Shown: one piece after another, positions 13,980 to 14,364 of the stretch
Layout of the letters: each line of letters begins with the position of its first letter
Numbering within the stretch: position 1 is the first letter of the stretch
Assembly: GCA_027021095.1 (NCBI GenBank)
Contig: JALUUZ010000135.1
Coordinates: 1 to 14,364, forward strand
Direction: 5' to 3'
DNA from: Gammaproteobacteria bacterium
GTDB lineage: Bacteria; Pseudomonadota; Gammaproteobacteria; SZUA-21
DNA: 14,364 nt
Notes under the pieces: model-generated
The model's database searches: none
What the model saw: the letters and a program-made list of their open reading frames with translations, nothing else
What the model was told of the DNA's origin: nothing
Translations under genes and position numbers: made by a program

Positions 13980-14364
13980 ATGGCGCATAACGGAAAGCAG
14001 GACTCCAGCCGGCAATTCGTGGGGAGCGCAAGCCTGGGTGCAGCCTTTATTCTCGTCGCCATCATGATCGTGACCGGCCTGTCCGGGCTGGGTTACTACC
14101 TGTTGGCGGAATTCGAACGTACGCAGCAGCTTGCCGCTGACAAACGCAACCAGGCAGTGGCCAGGGCCTATGCCGGGACTGTCAGTAACCTGCTGCGTCA
14201 TTATACGGCTCTGCTGGACAGGCTGGTACTGGACAAGGAACTGCCCGGCCTGTTTGCCGATCCTGATAAGGCCAAGCTGGCGGCCAAGGAAAACCGGCTG
14301 CGACGACTCATCCCGCACGCAGTCCGGCTCAAGCTGTTGCGCAAGGGGATCGGCGATACGGATC
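13980..14364 (+). CDS. Membrane-anchored protein, N-terminal 128 aa (one TM helix then a soluble domain). It continues past the window's 3' edge. Function unknown.
   Basis: Open frame from the ATG at 13980 (SD AGGA 4-5 nt upstream) to the end of the window. Translation: MAHNGKQDSSRQFVGSASLGAAFILVAIMIVTGLSGLGYYLLAEFERTQQLAADKRNQAVARAYAGTVSNLLRHYTALLDRLVLDK... GC-rich third positions typical of this genome. Preferred over the antisense track ORF 13875..14318. Confidence 0.5.
   Translation, partial: MAHNGKQDSSRQFVGSASLGAAFILVAIMIVTGLSGLGYYLLAEFERTQQLAADKRNQAVARAYAGTVSNLLRHYTALLDRLVLDKELPGLFADPDKAKLAAKENRLRRLIPHAVRLKLLRKGIGDTD

Noticed and set aside
13875-14318. 147-aa minus-strand ORF at the 3' end
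   Set aside because: It is antisense to a better candidate, the plus-strand open frame from the ATG at 13980. That frame has an SD, a clean TM helix and genome-typical codon usage, and was missed by the track because it is edge-truncated. The minus ORF would also run through repeat copy C and the dut terminator.
1-14364. CRISPR arrays, tRNA/rRNA genes, IS elements or prophage genes
   Set aside because: There are no regularly spaced direct repeats. The only repeats are the four irregularly placed R elements. There is no tRNA-like cloverleaf or rRNA, and no transposase, integrase or phage structural ORFs in any frame.

Overview
This looks like core chromosome from a high-GC gammaproteobacterium rather than an accessory island. 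Nearly all of it is coding, and the genes are housekeeping. I found no CRISPR array, IS element, integrase or prophage, and no recognisable defence genes.

Reading left to right:
- (minus strand) A tightly coupled four-gene operon, nrtR (Nudix-type NAD regulator), then nadA (quinolinate synthase), then a cytoplasmic SPFH/band-7 protein with a long coiled-coil, then an NAD-kinase-like protein that runs off the 5' edge of the window.
- (minus strand) A GldA/GldF/GldG-type ABC transporter (ATPase, ABC-2 permease, large auxiliary protein).
- (plus strand) A standalone hydantoinase-A/oxoprolinase-A-family gene and a membrane delta-9-type fatty-acid desaturase.
- The conserved gammaproteobacterial block rpmG and rpmB, radC(yicR)-like, with coaBC and dut on the other strand. 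A small His-rich lipoprotein gene sits between radC-like and rpmB.
- (plus strand) A membrane-anchored protein fragment at the 3' edge.

The non-obvious signals are:
1. A family of ~40-50-nt intergenic repeats (core CCGTCTCGCGACGAACGGTGGTGAG-AATGC-GGCTAG) present four times in 14 kb. Each copy abuts a gene terminus. In several copies it supplies the neighbouring gene's stop codon (via its terminal CTAG) or its SD+ATG start (via GGTGAGCAATG). At the permease/gldG junction the copies form a 14-bp-stem perfect hairpin.
2. NAD biosynthesis and its regulator are co-transcribed with an SPFH protein and a non-canonical NAD-kinase-like protein.
3. Candidate operators. A 9-bp inverted repeat brackets the nrtR promoter and SD. 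A perfect 14-bp palindrome overlaps the desaturase -35. Two inverted repeats lie upstream of the His-rich lipoprotein.
4. coaBC has no SD. Either it is translationally coupled to a 14-codon uORF that starts inside a repeat copy, or it is leaderless from an extended -10 promoter.

The ORF track counts GTG/TTG as 'M' and omits edge-truncated ORFs and ORFs under 60 aa. Two real genes were therefore missing from it (rpmG, and the edge NAD-kinase-like gene), and several N-termini needed trimming.
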